From Oopsacas minuta (taxonomy: Eukaryota > Animalia > Porifera): DNA of 64,000 nucleotides. Position 1 is the first letter of the stretch. Every line of letters starts with the position of its first letter. The notes beneath the pieces are model-generated. The model was not told the DNA's origin and ran no database searches. It was given only the letters and a program-made list of their open reading frames with translations. This document shows, one piece after another, positions 43,652-55,040 of the stretch. The stretch is taken from contig JAKMXF010000066.1 of NCBI GenBank assembly GCA_024704765.1, positions 496,001 to 560,000 on the forward strand, read 5' to 3'. The position numbers and the translations under genes were made by a program.

Positions 43652-44787
43652 TTTATTCTACATCACATCTCATAGAATCTTGTCTCCAGCAGTAATTGAA
43701 TACAAATAAGTATTTTTAAGCATTGGAAAATTAGCTCACTGTCTACATATGTATATCTTATTCATTCATTATATTTACTAAGTTTTGTTATTCCATAGAT
43801 ATTAATATATGATTCATAATTTATAAATGAAGTATTATTTTAATTCAAGTTGTTTTATATTATTTTGTCATAAGAATTGTTAAAATGGTATGTCAATAGT
43901 TCTTGGATATCCAGCTAGTACTTCGGAATGACTATTCCACATTTCAATGGAAAAAGAGGTGTTGTAAAGTTCCTCTAGGGAGAATACGCCCAACGTATGT
44001 GCGCTCGAAATAAAGGACTAAACCCTCTGCCATAGGTATAGATAGATTCTATTATTTGCGTACTCCTATAGCAAAAAATATTGATTGGGAGTACAACTAA
44101 TAAGATCTAGTGAATAGAATTTGAGTCTAATTATCGCTGTCTAAAGATGGTTCCATTTCGGAATTTATTCTCTCGTCACCTACCGCGCAATCGCGTATCG
44201 AAATGTCGGTATCCCACCCAGCGGCTCAGCCAGTCTTGGCATACTACAGGTGTGGGAGGGGGCAGGTGGCATGAAATTGGGAAAGCGACATTGCCTAGCG
44301 CAATCTACAAAAGGTGGCTACTTATCTACTCCACCCTATTCACTTTAGACGTCTTATGAGGCGCAAGGAGTTGAGTAAACCCAGTTTGTCATTAATCTTT
44401 GCTGTAAGACGCGAATTCTGGGTAATCCCTATCATGTAAACATGTAAACAAATCATGTAACATTAGTCAAATTTTAAACTCATCATAGGTAATATTTCTA
44501 TTTATAAGAAAATTTATAGAGTTTCACTTTCACTTTGTGTTGTACATATTCTAACACTACAATTGTTTACAAATATTATTGTAGGGTTTGTTTACATAAT
44601 CTCAGGTGTTTTTGTTGTTTTGTAATTTTATAGTAATCTATATTTATGATGTTTCAATTTATAACCGTCCTCTTGAAATCACTTATAGAGCTAGGGACAC
44701 AAGATATGTACACGTAATGTCGAACAACTCTGCACTTATAAATAGAGACCTAAATCAAATAATTTGAGAGAAGCTAAAATAAACACA

Positions 44788-45192
44788 ATGAACTCGCCAT
44801 ACAATCATTACTATCCTACTTACCAACTTGTTCATGATTCATTCATTCCACAGTCAAATTCAGGAATATCTACAAATTATAATATCAATAACAGAACGTA
44901 TATGAACCAACCCAGAAGGAACATACAATATCAATACAATTCCCATAATTATTCTCATTCATTCACAATAGAAGATTTAGTTAATCTTAAGCTAAGTGAA
45001 ATTAGGAAATTATACACTGACCCTGTAGAGAGGGCTGAAGTGATTAAGATTAGACGTAAGGAGCAGATTAGACAAGCTGTAACTCTGTGGAGGATTAGGA
45101 ATATAAAGAAATCTTTGATTGAAGAGAAACTGGAATTAGAAAAGGAGATTGAAATGATGAAGAATGAAATGTATGGAGGATTTACAGAATAA
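44788..45192 (+). CDS. Non-canonical Maf/CNC-like bZIP protein with Tyr/Asn/His-rich N-terminus (copy 4)
   Basis: SFTIEDLVNLKLSEIRK..KIRRKEQIRQAVTLWRIR plus zipper. TATA box cttataaatag at about 44737; ATG at 44788. Confidence 0.75.
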   Translation: MNSPYNHYYPTYQLVHDSFIPQSNSGISTNYNINNRTYMNQPRRNIQYQYNSHNYSHSFTIEDLVNLKLSEIRKLYTDPVERAEVIKIRRKEQIRQAVTLWRIRNIKKSLIEEKLELEKEIEMMKNEMYGGFTE

Positions 45193-45280
45193 ATATTTAA
45201 ATACTTAAAGCACTATACTTCCTACAGATAATCAATAATTAAGTAATCTACATTAATCTAATCTACAATAATATAATAAA

Positions 45281-45317
<37 letters not shown>
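45281..45317. repeat. (AAT)n microsatellite
   Basis: Pure aat run. Confidence 0.9.
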
Positions 45318-45320
<3 letters not shown>

Positions 45321-46180
45321 TGCTCTTGTAATTACACAAATTCCTGTTTATTTCACCTAACATATCTACACATTTTGAGTAAATATTGATAAATATATTC
45401 TACTTATATTCCATAAATATTGATAATTCTATAAAATCTTATTAAAGCAATTGTTATGTTAATTAAGTGTCAGTGGGTGCTACTAATGTTAAAATGTGCA
45501 AGCTAGGAAGTAGACTGGATAATGTGAGAATTGAGATTAGAGAAGACAGTAATAGTAAAAAATATATTAAATTATATTGCTGCCTGGAAACAAACACGTT
45601 ACGCATACTTAAGAGTTCTTAATATACAAGGGAGATTTTGTCATTTTGTTCAATATTTATGAATCACAGGAATTTGCAAAGAATTAACATTTGGGAATAG
45701 CCCCAACTCACAGATTTAGGTTTTCATGGGTGTACATATTAGAAACGTAATTATTATGATGTATTGTGATAATCAAGTCAGTACAGAAATAGATTTATGT
45801 CCGTGTGTAGGGACAGAAATGGAATAACATTAGAATTATATTAAAGTTATTTTGAACATTTTATTGCTAATAATTAATCATGAGGTTTACAAGTAAGTGA
45901 TATAGAGACAATAATATGCGGCAATTTTTTCCAAATATTATTAATTTGTAATTATTGTTGTTCCCAAATATAAATATTGTTCTATTTGTATTCAGCTCAA
46001 CTACTCGCTGATGCCCGGCCTTTACCAATAATAATGAAGTAAATAATATGATAAACTTCCAGAAATAAATAAATATAACACCAATAGGTAACAAAAGAAA
46101 CATCATTTACATTAAACACATTATTAAACAAATACTTCGGTATATATATAAACTTGAGTAAATGTTTTTATCGAGGTTTA

Positions 46181-48249
46181 TCACACATCTGATATTACTG
46201 GAGGTTTCCTAGGCTTAGGAAGTGACTTTGGAAGCGTAGTATACTCCTTATCCTTAGAATGAGAAAAATTTGAGATTGCCTGTTGAGAGGTGAAAATGGT
46301 GAATTTCGAATCTTTCGAGAACAGATCTTTAACTTGAGCATTTCTGATGGTAAAAACAAAAAAGAATACAACACCAATTGGCCCATTTAGAAATATAAAT
46401 ATCCATTCCATAAGTATAGTGAATGTTGCTTCTCCGATAGCATATCCGCTGATTATATTCACGACAGCAAAGAACCAAGGTAATCCTAATATCGAGATTA
46501 GTATTAGGAATTGGAAGTATATAGCTCTGTACTGGAGATAGAAGGTTTTGGTTGACGATTTCATATTGATTTTGTCTGGTTTAAGTTTCAAACATATCCT
46601 TATAGTCAGGAATATTAGAGCACTGGAATTAACCACTAAGAGCATCATAATGGGGCCTAACAATCCCCATACCGTGTATGTAGGACTTCTGTTAGAGAGA
46701 TAGCAAGTTAAATTCAATAACTGTGAATTGTATGTGATGTAATCTTCAATAATACCATTCGGTATTGTAATACCTAATGTTATTATGCACGGTATAACAG
46801 GTGTCCCCCACCCTATCAAGAAATATATTATAAAATACTTCACCTCACCGTATACAAGTTCTTCCTTGAAGAATTGTATTAGCACAATGCTAATACAAAC
46901 ACTCCAAGTAAATACTGATATCCAAATATACTGTGTGAAAAGAGATGATATAACACAATAGCGATTATTCAAGACGCTAGTTGGTAGAATGAAAATGAAA
47001 GTTCCACAAGCAAATGTTAAAGCGACTGCGTAATTGAAGTAAATTAAATTTGGCAGACTACGGAAAAATGGTTTTCCAGCCAGACAGAAGAGGAGCAGAG
47101 AGATGATCAGAGCTAAAAATGAAGCTGATAATAATAGGAAACTAACTATCCTAGAAGCAAGATCTTCTCCTCGATCAGTTTGACGACCAAATCGTACAAT
47201 AGCCGCGAAAGATGTTAAATGATTTGTAGCACATACAATCACTTGCTCATTGAAACTTACCAATTCTACTCCTGTTGTATCAATTACAGCTAAATCGTTT
47301 ATGAAGACGCATTGTGGATTTGAAACTAATCCAGGATTTTGGAAATTATGTGGAAAAGTTAGACTAATTCTTTCTATGAAAATGCTTAGGAATGGTAAAT
47401 GGAAATTAAGCGATAGGAACTGAGTAGTTTGTGCATTGTTCTGGATAGTTATACTCAAGTCAAATATGATAGAAGAGGCGTAGAATGAAGATACATTGTT
47501 TAGTTGTGCAAGTTGATTTAATACTGTAATTGGCACATTAGTTGATGGAGATTGGCTAAATATTATATTTGGTTCTGGTATTGTAATATCAGATTGCACA
47601 GATAGATTAACATTTGCAATATTTACCTGCACTCTTCCAAAACTTTGGCTTACTTGTCCTGATAAAGAATTTGGTGGTATTATCTGTACGAATTTATCTA
47701 TGAAATTTTCTAAGATTAGAATCACAGAGAAAAGCTCTGTAGAAATCTCTTGGTTGGAGTTATCTACTGCTATAAAGTGATCTACCATATTAGATGTTAA
47801 TTCTATCACACTCTTAATTACTTCCTGATTTTGTATTGTGGTAGCGTTAATACCATTTACAATTCTTGCATATTCGTTAACGAGGGTTTGTGTAGATGAA
47901 GTATTCAGTGAAATCATTGCAATCACAGAATCTATATCATCAATTACCTCGCTTGTCTCATTTTCAGAAGTTTCACTTATATCTGTAACTGTTGGAGTAA
48001 ATGCAAAACTTGTAGTAGTATTTGAAGCTGTTGGGGTAGATATCGCTGTTGATATTGTATTGGTGAACTGTGTGCTATTAGTAGTATTTGAAGCTGTTGG
48101 GGTAGATATCGCTGTTGATATTGTATTGGTGAACTGTGTGCTATTAGTAGTATTTGAAGCTGTTGGGGTAGATATCGTTGTTGATATTGTATTGGTGAAC
48201 TGTGTGCTATTAGTTACATTATCATCTCCATTTATTGATATGATTACTC
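46181..48249 (-). CDS. Adhesion GPCR (Thr/Ser-rich stalk, GAIN/GPS, 7TM_2); upstream exon(s) not resolved
   Basis: GPS CVF...VCATNHLTSFA and 7TM motifs GWGTP and WGLLGPI. The frame stays open above the track's GTG (47926) up to an AG acceptor at 48250-48251. Confidence 0.85.
48013..48214 (-). repeat. 3 x 66-bp coding tandem repeat (NTISTAISTPTASNTTNSTQFT mucin-like stalk)
   Basis: tagtagtatttgaagctgttgggg at 48013, 48079 and 48145. Confidence 0.92.
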
Positions 48250-48525
48250 CTTTTAAATAGCAACATCATAAACAATTCATTCAATAATTTGGTTTATATT
48301 TTCTTAAGAGGATAATGAATTATTGCAGAATGTTGCTACGTACTAGTATTTGGGGCTGGAATTGATTGGTTGTAAATTAACAAATATTGCTATTAATAAG
48401 CTGGAACATTTGTGTGTATTGGTGTTTGTGAGCTTTCATGAAAATATAAATTTACAAATACGTGTTGTCCTTGCCAACAAATATTCTGTATTTATTGTAT
48501 AGTATTCAAATTTAATTATTCATAT

Positions 48526-48606
48526 GGGACCATTCAACGTGACGCTACAAGGGTACGGGGTCAAGTTCAATCTACATTTTCGTTACGTGACGTTTGAACG
48601 GCTCCC
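48526..48606. mobile_element. PIF/Harbinger-like MITE
   Basis: tat|gggaccattcaacgtgacg ... cgtgacgtttgaacggctccc|tat; GGG..CCC ends with a 3-bp duplication. Confidence 0.55.
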
Positions 48607-49293
48607 TATTACGAATATTCTCACCTGATAGTTGGAGAATTACTCCAATAACAACTGATAGTAGAACAATATTGTACTTCATTTTAGTATTTTGCAGTAA
48701 GTCTCTTCGTATTTATCCTATTTAAAGGAACTCTAACTAACCACTAAAATAGTTAGGTAAGGAATTGCTAGCCAAATTCTCATTATGATTTGCTGTTTAT
48801 CTTACATTTTCAACATTTTGACTACCAGCTTCCTTTTATACCATTGATAATAATTATTGGTTAGTTATAATCACTTCCTTCTTTGTGAAAACCCACGCTT
48901 ACAAATTTGTAAGTTCTGTGTAGACATAAATTGTGATGTATCTTGTTGTTTACTAGAGCTAACGACACTCGCTAATTATACTTTACAACAACAGAAAGTG
49001 ATATATCTATTTACTCCTTCTTGTTGAGTGCAATACTCACTGGACATGAGTAATATATGTGTGTCCTTGTGATTGTTTGCAGGAGATAACGGGACTCTAA
49101 ATAGCCTAATTATTTTATCAACAGCTTGTTTTCAAAGATTATTCTGTCACTTATTGTCTGAGTCACGAATCCTCTCAATACGTAATTCTAATATCCACAG
49201 TTCTATTTGCAATGCTTCTATGTAGATTCAATCTATTGGTATAGTTATTGTATAGAACTTCTATTTTGTTATTAGAATTGTAAACTAGCTGTA

Positions 49294-49827
49294 ATGCCTG
49301 CTTATCATTCCAAATTCAATGACACTTCTTCTCGATGTATCGGGAACATGGCTCTACTCCCCCTCAACACCACGATGAAGGGACCAGCCCCAAAGGGTAA
49401 CGGAGAGGAAGATATCATTGATGAAGCTATATACTTCTTCAAAGCTAATATATTCTTCAAAACCTATGAAATCAAGGGATCCAGTGATCGTGTCCTGATC
49501 TACCTAACTCTATACATAACTGAGTGTATAAAGAAGCTAGCTAAATCGACTGATAAAAACGATGGTAATAAACAGATGTACCAGCTCGCTATTTCTACAT
49601 TTGACATACCAGGAGATCCGAAATTCCCTCTAAATGCTATGTATAGGAAACCGCAGGATAGAGCAGAGGCCGATCTGATGAAGAACTACTTCATCCAGCT
49701 GAGACAGGAAACAGGTAATAGGGTGCTCGAGAAGGTGTTTGAAGGGAGTGAGAAGCCTAGCAAGTGGTGGACATGTTTCGCTAAGCGTAAATTCATGGAC
49801 AAGAGCTTGTCTTCTCCCGGACAGTAA
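49294..49827 (+). CDS. ARPC3: Arp2/3 complex subunit 3 (p21), intronless
   Basis: [66 protein letters not shown]. Confidence 0.97.
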   Translation: MPAYHSKFNDTSSRCIGNMALLPLNTTMKGPAPKGNGEEDIIDEAIYFFKANIFFKTYEIKGSSDRVLIYLTLYITECIKKLAKSTDKNDGNKQMYQLAISTFDIPGDPKFPLNAMYRKPQDRAEADLMKNYFIQLRQETGNRVLEKVFEGSEKPSKWWTCFAKRKFMDKSLSSPGQ

Positions 49828-50150
49828 CGAGTGTGTGTGTTTGATAGCTATAATTGGTATTGTCTCATTTGTGTATAGAGAATCTATTTGGTGTGTATTT
49901 ATACTGTATTTGTTTGATTGAGTTAGTTATTTCCTAATACTTAAAATCATGAATTAAGATGTTAGTAGGGTCCCTATGTCAGCATGCTACACCGTTTTCC
50001 CGTTACTACCTTTTGTGGAAGTTCATTTGTATGGGATTAGGAATTCGCTCTGTTCTTTACTACTTTTCCAGAATTTCCTCCCATTGGTGGAGGTTTCACT
50101 GTAGTGTGTACATCTATTGATTACGTAATTGCTAACACGTTATTAGCACT

Positions 50151-50606
50151 ATGACTTCAAATTCCAATGCACTGACTACGTTACCACCGCAACCCGACAC
50201 CTCAACAGAACCTACACTAAATAATGCTAACATGTTCTTCAATCTAACTCAACTGGGACTACTTGACCCTATAAAATCCGTGATAAAGCCAGATTCACAG
50301 ACACAACCCTCATGTCTCGCCCACACCCTCTCTCCCAAACCTCTACCTGATCATAACGGTTCCTATAGGAAATATGTAGATATCATGAGGAAACATCAAC
50401 GTAATGCTAAAGGTCCTAACGAGCTATATTCCCACACTATAACCAGCTCACAGGCATACGGTAGATGGATACTAGAATATCCTAAAAGTTCCTCTCCTGA
50501 CGATTCGTGGATTATCAACCCGAGGAGATTTCATCATAGAAACAGCGAGATGACACGGTATGTGGATGATATGGCTCTCACTAATAAGGAATTCAGGCTA
50601 TATTAA
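50151..50606 (+). CDS. TEX49: TEX49/SPMIP11-like (sperm/flagellar microtubule inner protein); start may be ATG 50232
   Basis: MFFNLTQLG N-motif and WIINPRR..SEMTRYVDDM..NKEFRLY C-terminus resemble human TEX49 as recalled. Confidence 0.6.
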   Translation: MTSNSNALTTLPPQPDTSTEPTLNNANMFFNLTQLGLLDPIKSVIKPDSQTQPSCLAHTLSPKPLPDHNGSYRKYVDIMRKHQRNAKGPNELYSHTITSSQAYGRWILEYPKSSSPDDSWIINPRRFHHRNSEMTRYVDDMALTNKEFRLY

Positions 50607-51162
50607 TTCTCATATCTGTGTAATTGTATTCTTAATATGTACAGTGTGTACTCGTCTTGAACATCTTATATCTAACATTATGTATTGAAGGTTTCATTTA
50701 ACGACTGTATAGATACGGGAGGGAGATATGTTATGTTAGTAACGATAATGTGGCTTATCTGTAATGTTATACCCCCGGCAACATTTGTGTAATTCTAACC
50801 AGCTGTTTGACATTCCTATTCCGTTACTTGCTGCTTATAGTTCTGGTTACAGGAATACTATGTGAAACATTGTGATTACCCCATTCTAGATATGTCTTAT
50901 GTGCTTAATACATTTGATCTTCGTTATCTTGAACCCATAGTGGACATCTATAGTGTTCGAGATAGCGAATGTTAGAGATAACGGATGGTCCCAATCATAT
51001 CTGAGTATGTATGTCTTGTTTAGAAGCGTCTAAAATATCCCGAATCATGTCCAACTCGGATAATTATTAATTTATAACTATCAAATAATTATATTCAACT
51101 TTTATTATATTGTTTTGCATTGAAAAGTATAGTACACATAACCGATCAATAAGTATATATAA

Positions 51163-52413
51163 ATGTCACTTACAGATACTTCTAATCACTACCACAAGAG
51201 ATTCCTCCCACCCAAGAATCTAAACACAACATTTGACTATTCTCACACAAGTTTGCCACAAGATAATGACCTAATCGAGAGAAGTGAGATTCCTTTAGAC
51301 GAATTATCATTTGGTAAATTTTTATTCAGATCATCAGAAGGTTATAACATATCACTTCGCTATAGTCAATGTATTGGACTATGTATCTGGGTAGATATTA
51401 ATAAATCCATGATTTGCTATATATCTGTCCCTAACACAGGAATAAAAGCAGTCAATTTACAAATTAGTAGTAATGTCCCTGGTTCCCTTACATCAATGCA
51501 TACATCACTCTTATTAGAAGCATGTCAGCCTCTTAATATAACAGCATTTCCACATATGTCTTCCAGAGCACGTACTAGTCATAAACTATTACCAAATAAG
51601 AATTTCTATATCCTTAAGATTCGATCTGATCTCAAATACGCTGGTGATATACATAAAATTTTAGTTGGGCTAAAAGGCCCTGATAATGTAGAGCAAAAGA
51701 AGAGTTCTTTGTTCCAAGAAGGCCTTCCTTATTGGGCTGCTTATATCCCATCGTATGCTTACTCTTTCCAACTCAGGACCTTGTTACAACTTATCATAGC
51801 TATATACACATATTTTAATATAATACTAGCTGTATGGCAGTTATACAGGCATGTAGATCTTATACACGATAGTATACGTCCATTTGTTGAACTGTTTGAT
51901 TATTACCTACAGCATACTGCAGTGCGTATTAAATACGTGTTCAATTTGTTTGCTCAATTCTGGTGGGATGTTTTGAAGCCAATTCTATTGCTGTATTATA
52001 ATTATGAAGTATTTATCAGGATTTTTGCCATATTTAAGCCTTTATTTCTACATTTTGATATCGCTATATCTTGCTTTTATTGTATTGGGAAGATTCTATT
52101 TGAAATACTCAACCCTATTTGGTATGTATTCACTCCGGTATTAAGATTATTACTGGTCATTGGTGGTCAATTTTGGAATCTAAAAATTATACTTTTCCCA
52201 TTCAAAAGTATACTGTCTTTTATATGGCAGACACTACGTGTATTTAACACATATTCACCGACTATTGAGATTGTTGTACGTAACTCAATGCGTTCTCTAT
52301 TCATGAATTCTATTAAAACTATATTTCTGGGGATTTTCTATGCGTTTCAGAGAGTATGGTATTCGTTCAGGGAGAAATTTGATCAGAGAGAGAATGCGAA
52401 GAAACAATTATAG
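51163..52413 (+). CDS. Uncharacterised membrane protein
   Basis: 416-aa ATG ORF with a soluble N-half, then GLPYWAAYIPSY..WQLYRHV and several aromatic-rich TM segments. Confidence 0.65.
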   Translation: MSLTDTSNHYHKRFLPPKNLNTTFDYSHTSLPQDNDLIERSEIPLDELSFGKFLFRSSEGYNISLRYSQCIGLCIWVDINKSMICYISVPNTGIKAVNLQISSNVPGSLTSMHTSLLLEACQPLNITAFPHMSSRARTSHKLLPNKNFYILKIRSDLKYAGDIHKILVGLKGPDNVEQKKSSLFQEGLPYWAAYIPSYAYSFQLRTLLQLIIAIYTYFNIILAVWQLYRHVDLIHDSIRPFVELFDYYLQHTAVRIKYVFNLFAQFWWDVLKPILLLYYNYEVFIRIFAIFKPLFLHFDIAISCFYCIGKILFEILNPIWYVFTPVLRLLLVIGGQFWNLKIILFPFKSILSFIWQTLRVFNTYSPTIEIVVRNSMRSLFMNSIKTIFLGIFYAFQRVWYSFREKFDQRENAKKQL

Positions 52414-53195
52414 TACAAGAACTAAGAACTTTATGACAACTGCAAACTTTTGGTTATAATCATATTTGTATTTTTTCGGATTATCTGCTTGCTGTGTAAC
52501 TTATTTGTATCAATTAGTATTGATTTTATTTTTATTTTGGAAATAATTGGAGTTCCCCTATTTATTTGAATGGTATTATTTGCTTAGTATTAGCCATGTA
52601 TAGTATTTTCAAAACAGCTCTCTTATACGTATGTATGTCAGTGCAATGATCCCATTCCTGCTAGCAAGAATTTGAAATCAAATCCTATTCCAAGAATAAA
52701 AGTGAATTTTCTATAATCCGAATAATAACCTTTCTTCCCTTGTATGACATTACATGGTACAAAGCTCTCCGCTAGAAACGACCACAGATATATGAAATAT
52801 ATTTTTTATATAGTGTTATATATCAATTATTTATACATATATCAATAGATGGAATGTACCCAACACAGATCTAACAACTGGTTCAATATTCAGCTGTGCT
52901 TACTGTGTGGTTATTAAGTCTACAATATATAGCCAGTCATAATTAGACTAATTACCTTATTAACACACACTATACTATGGAACTAAACTATTTTGTATTT
53001 TCATTTTCTCTATTTTGTAAATACAGTGGACTCTTAATTCACAGGAAATTCCAATAGGGGATGATATGATATTTAAGTTTTGGGGTATAATTCCCGTGAA
53101 AGTAAATATTAAAATTATTGACACCTTTTTAATGTGTATAAAACAGTGAACAAACAAATAGAATGAGCTTTTTGACAGAATAATTCAGTTCGTAC

Positions 53196-53663
53196 TTAAA
53201 AACTGCTGATTTCTTTTTTGGTTACATATTGAGTTGAATTGATAGTGAAAAGTGTGATGTCATCTTCGACTGAGAGGATCTTCACGAATTCAAAGAAGTC
53301 GATTTGATTGTCTCCGTTCATATCGGCCTCATCAATCATTTCGTCAATGACTTCATCTGATAAATTCTCCCCCAGACTCAGCATCACTGACCTTAATTCT
53401 TCCGGTGTAATATAACCGTTACCATCTTTATCAAACAGTTGGAACATGTCATATATTGCTTTACCTTCATTCACTTTTCGTACTTTTTCAATCATTATCT
53501 GTATGAGCTCGTTGAATTCCATCTCTGTATACCCTTCTACTTCGTATTCTTCTATTATAGCCATTATTTCGAATTCACTCGTCTCTATTCCCATTCCTAT
53601 AAGAAAGTTAGCTATCTCTTCTATTTGTTCGAATTTAACATCTGCAAATGCTATGTTAGACAT
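53196..53663 (-). CDS. Calmodulin/centrin-like EF-hand protein with degenerate N-lobe
   Basis: Canonical loops DKDGNGYITPEE and DMNGDNQIDFFE. EF1 is absent and EF2 is degenerate. The frame stays open upstream without an ATG, so an extra exon is possible. Confidence 0.82.
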   Translation of the reverse strand: MSNIAFADVKFEQIEEIANFLIGMGIETSEFEIMAIIEEYEVEGYTEMEFNELIQIMIEKVRKVNEGKAIYDMFQLFDKDGNGYITPEELRSVMLSLGENLSDEVIDEMIDEADMNGDNQIDFFEFVKILSVEDDITLFTINSTQYVTKKEISSF

Positions 53664-54002
53664 TTTCGTGTGTGTTGAAGAATAGTGCCGCGTTAGAATA
53701 CAGCCTTTCGATTTTGAAGCCTTTTATACTTTTCTTACTTTGCTTTCGCCAACTGGCCTTTGTTACTACTGAGTAGTTAGTTAAAATAGACAAATTGTTG
53801 AAAGTTTCATAAATACTTTACGTTGCACTCACACCAATGTATTTTCAGTTTTGTATTTTTCTACTTACAATAAATGCATCGTCAATTTTATCAAGTTTCA
53901 ACATATGAAACAATCACAAACAACTTACTCAGTACCATACTGGATTAATTTGTAATTGGAAGGGAAGTTATATGAATGAAGTTTTCTCGTATTATGGCCA
54001 AG

Positions 54003-54117
54003 CAGTAGAATTCAAATATGACATACCTCTTCAGGAATACATTGAATGGTAACTAATTTTTTGAGATTCAAGAAATAGTACGTCTTATCCCGAGCATGTC
54101 TTATCCGAGTTCTACTG
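54003..54117. mobile_element. MITE family C, intergenic
   Basis: cagtagaattcaaatatgaca ... tgtcttatccgagttctactg|ta. Confidence 0.75.
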
Positions 54118-55040
54118 TATTTTTTCTATTTCGTTTGTATTAGTAGTTCAGGTGATGTGCTGTACAAACATCTTACTACAATTTGATAGCTATACACGGC
54201 TATTTTCTGGATATACGATTATTGTTGGGGTCGAATTGTATATATTTTGTTCAATATATACTCTGAATTCATATGACACTATTTATTATCCAATTTATTA
54301 GGAATACCGTGATAACCTAATTCAACATAAGCTATGCTGTTATAGATTATCTTTAACGGACAATGTCTATGAATAACAAAGATATTAAGCTATTCATCAT
54401 TCATCCTTATTTGTAGTCACAACGGTCAAAATTCGAATTTGATCCTTCTAAAACTTAACTACTTAATCATTGATTAATTTGGCCTATTGTCTGTAAATTC
54501 CCTTAGAATGGTTATCTGTGTGTGGTGTATTATGTATGGCTTAACTTGGCTTATTGTCATTTGTGAGCCTTGAATCTCACAAACAAATTGTAAAATTTGT
54601 CCAATACAATTTTTCTTTGGAAGCTATACCAGTTCTCTAGGACCTTTCCAGATGACTTAAAAGTTAGATACAGTTCTGCATTATAATTATTGAACATCAT
54701 CAGTTCCATATTACACCAACATGGTCTAGTAATAAATATTATCACTGAACTACATATTATGTATCGAATAGAACTCATGCAAATTGTCATATTATATGGA
54801 ACTAATATTATACTTGAAACTTTATATGTTTATTGCCTCCTTCGGAACTTCAGAATTTGCTATATTTCTAGAAAATGTGTGATATTATGTCCATAATAGT
54901 TGTATTCATATTTATGTCTTCAAACCACTACAGGCAAATCTTAGTTTATTATCTTATGATAGCTTATTTTATTCAACGCAATCTAGTTGACTCCTATTTT
55001 GGGAAGTTTATGGCATTGCAATTAGTCCTAGCTATTTGAT

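Noticed and set aside
45867-46106. 79-aa minus-strand ORF with a signal-peptide-like start
   Set aside because: It is short and AT-rich, with no recognisable domain or joinable downstream exon.
47838-48260. 142-aa plus-strand ORF with VVFEAVGVDIAVDIVLVNCVLL repeats
   Set aside because: It is the antisense shadow of the adhesion GPCR Thr/Ser stalk, which is open on the minus strand.
11979-50606. Flagellar/sperm gene cluster (WDR92, FBXO24-like, TEX49-like)
   Set aside because: The genes are spread over about 38 kb among unrelated genes, with no sign of real clustering.
50910-50990. Degenerate TIR-like remnant (cttcgttatcttgaa ... ttcgagatagcg)
   Set aside because: Ends and TSD are not definable; probably an old MITE fossil.
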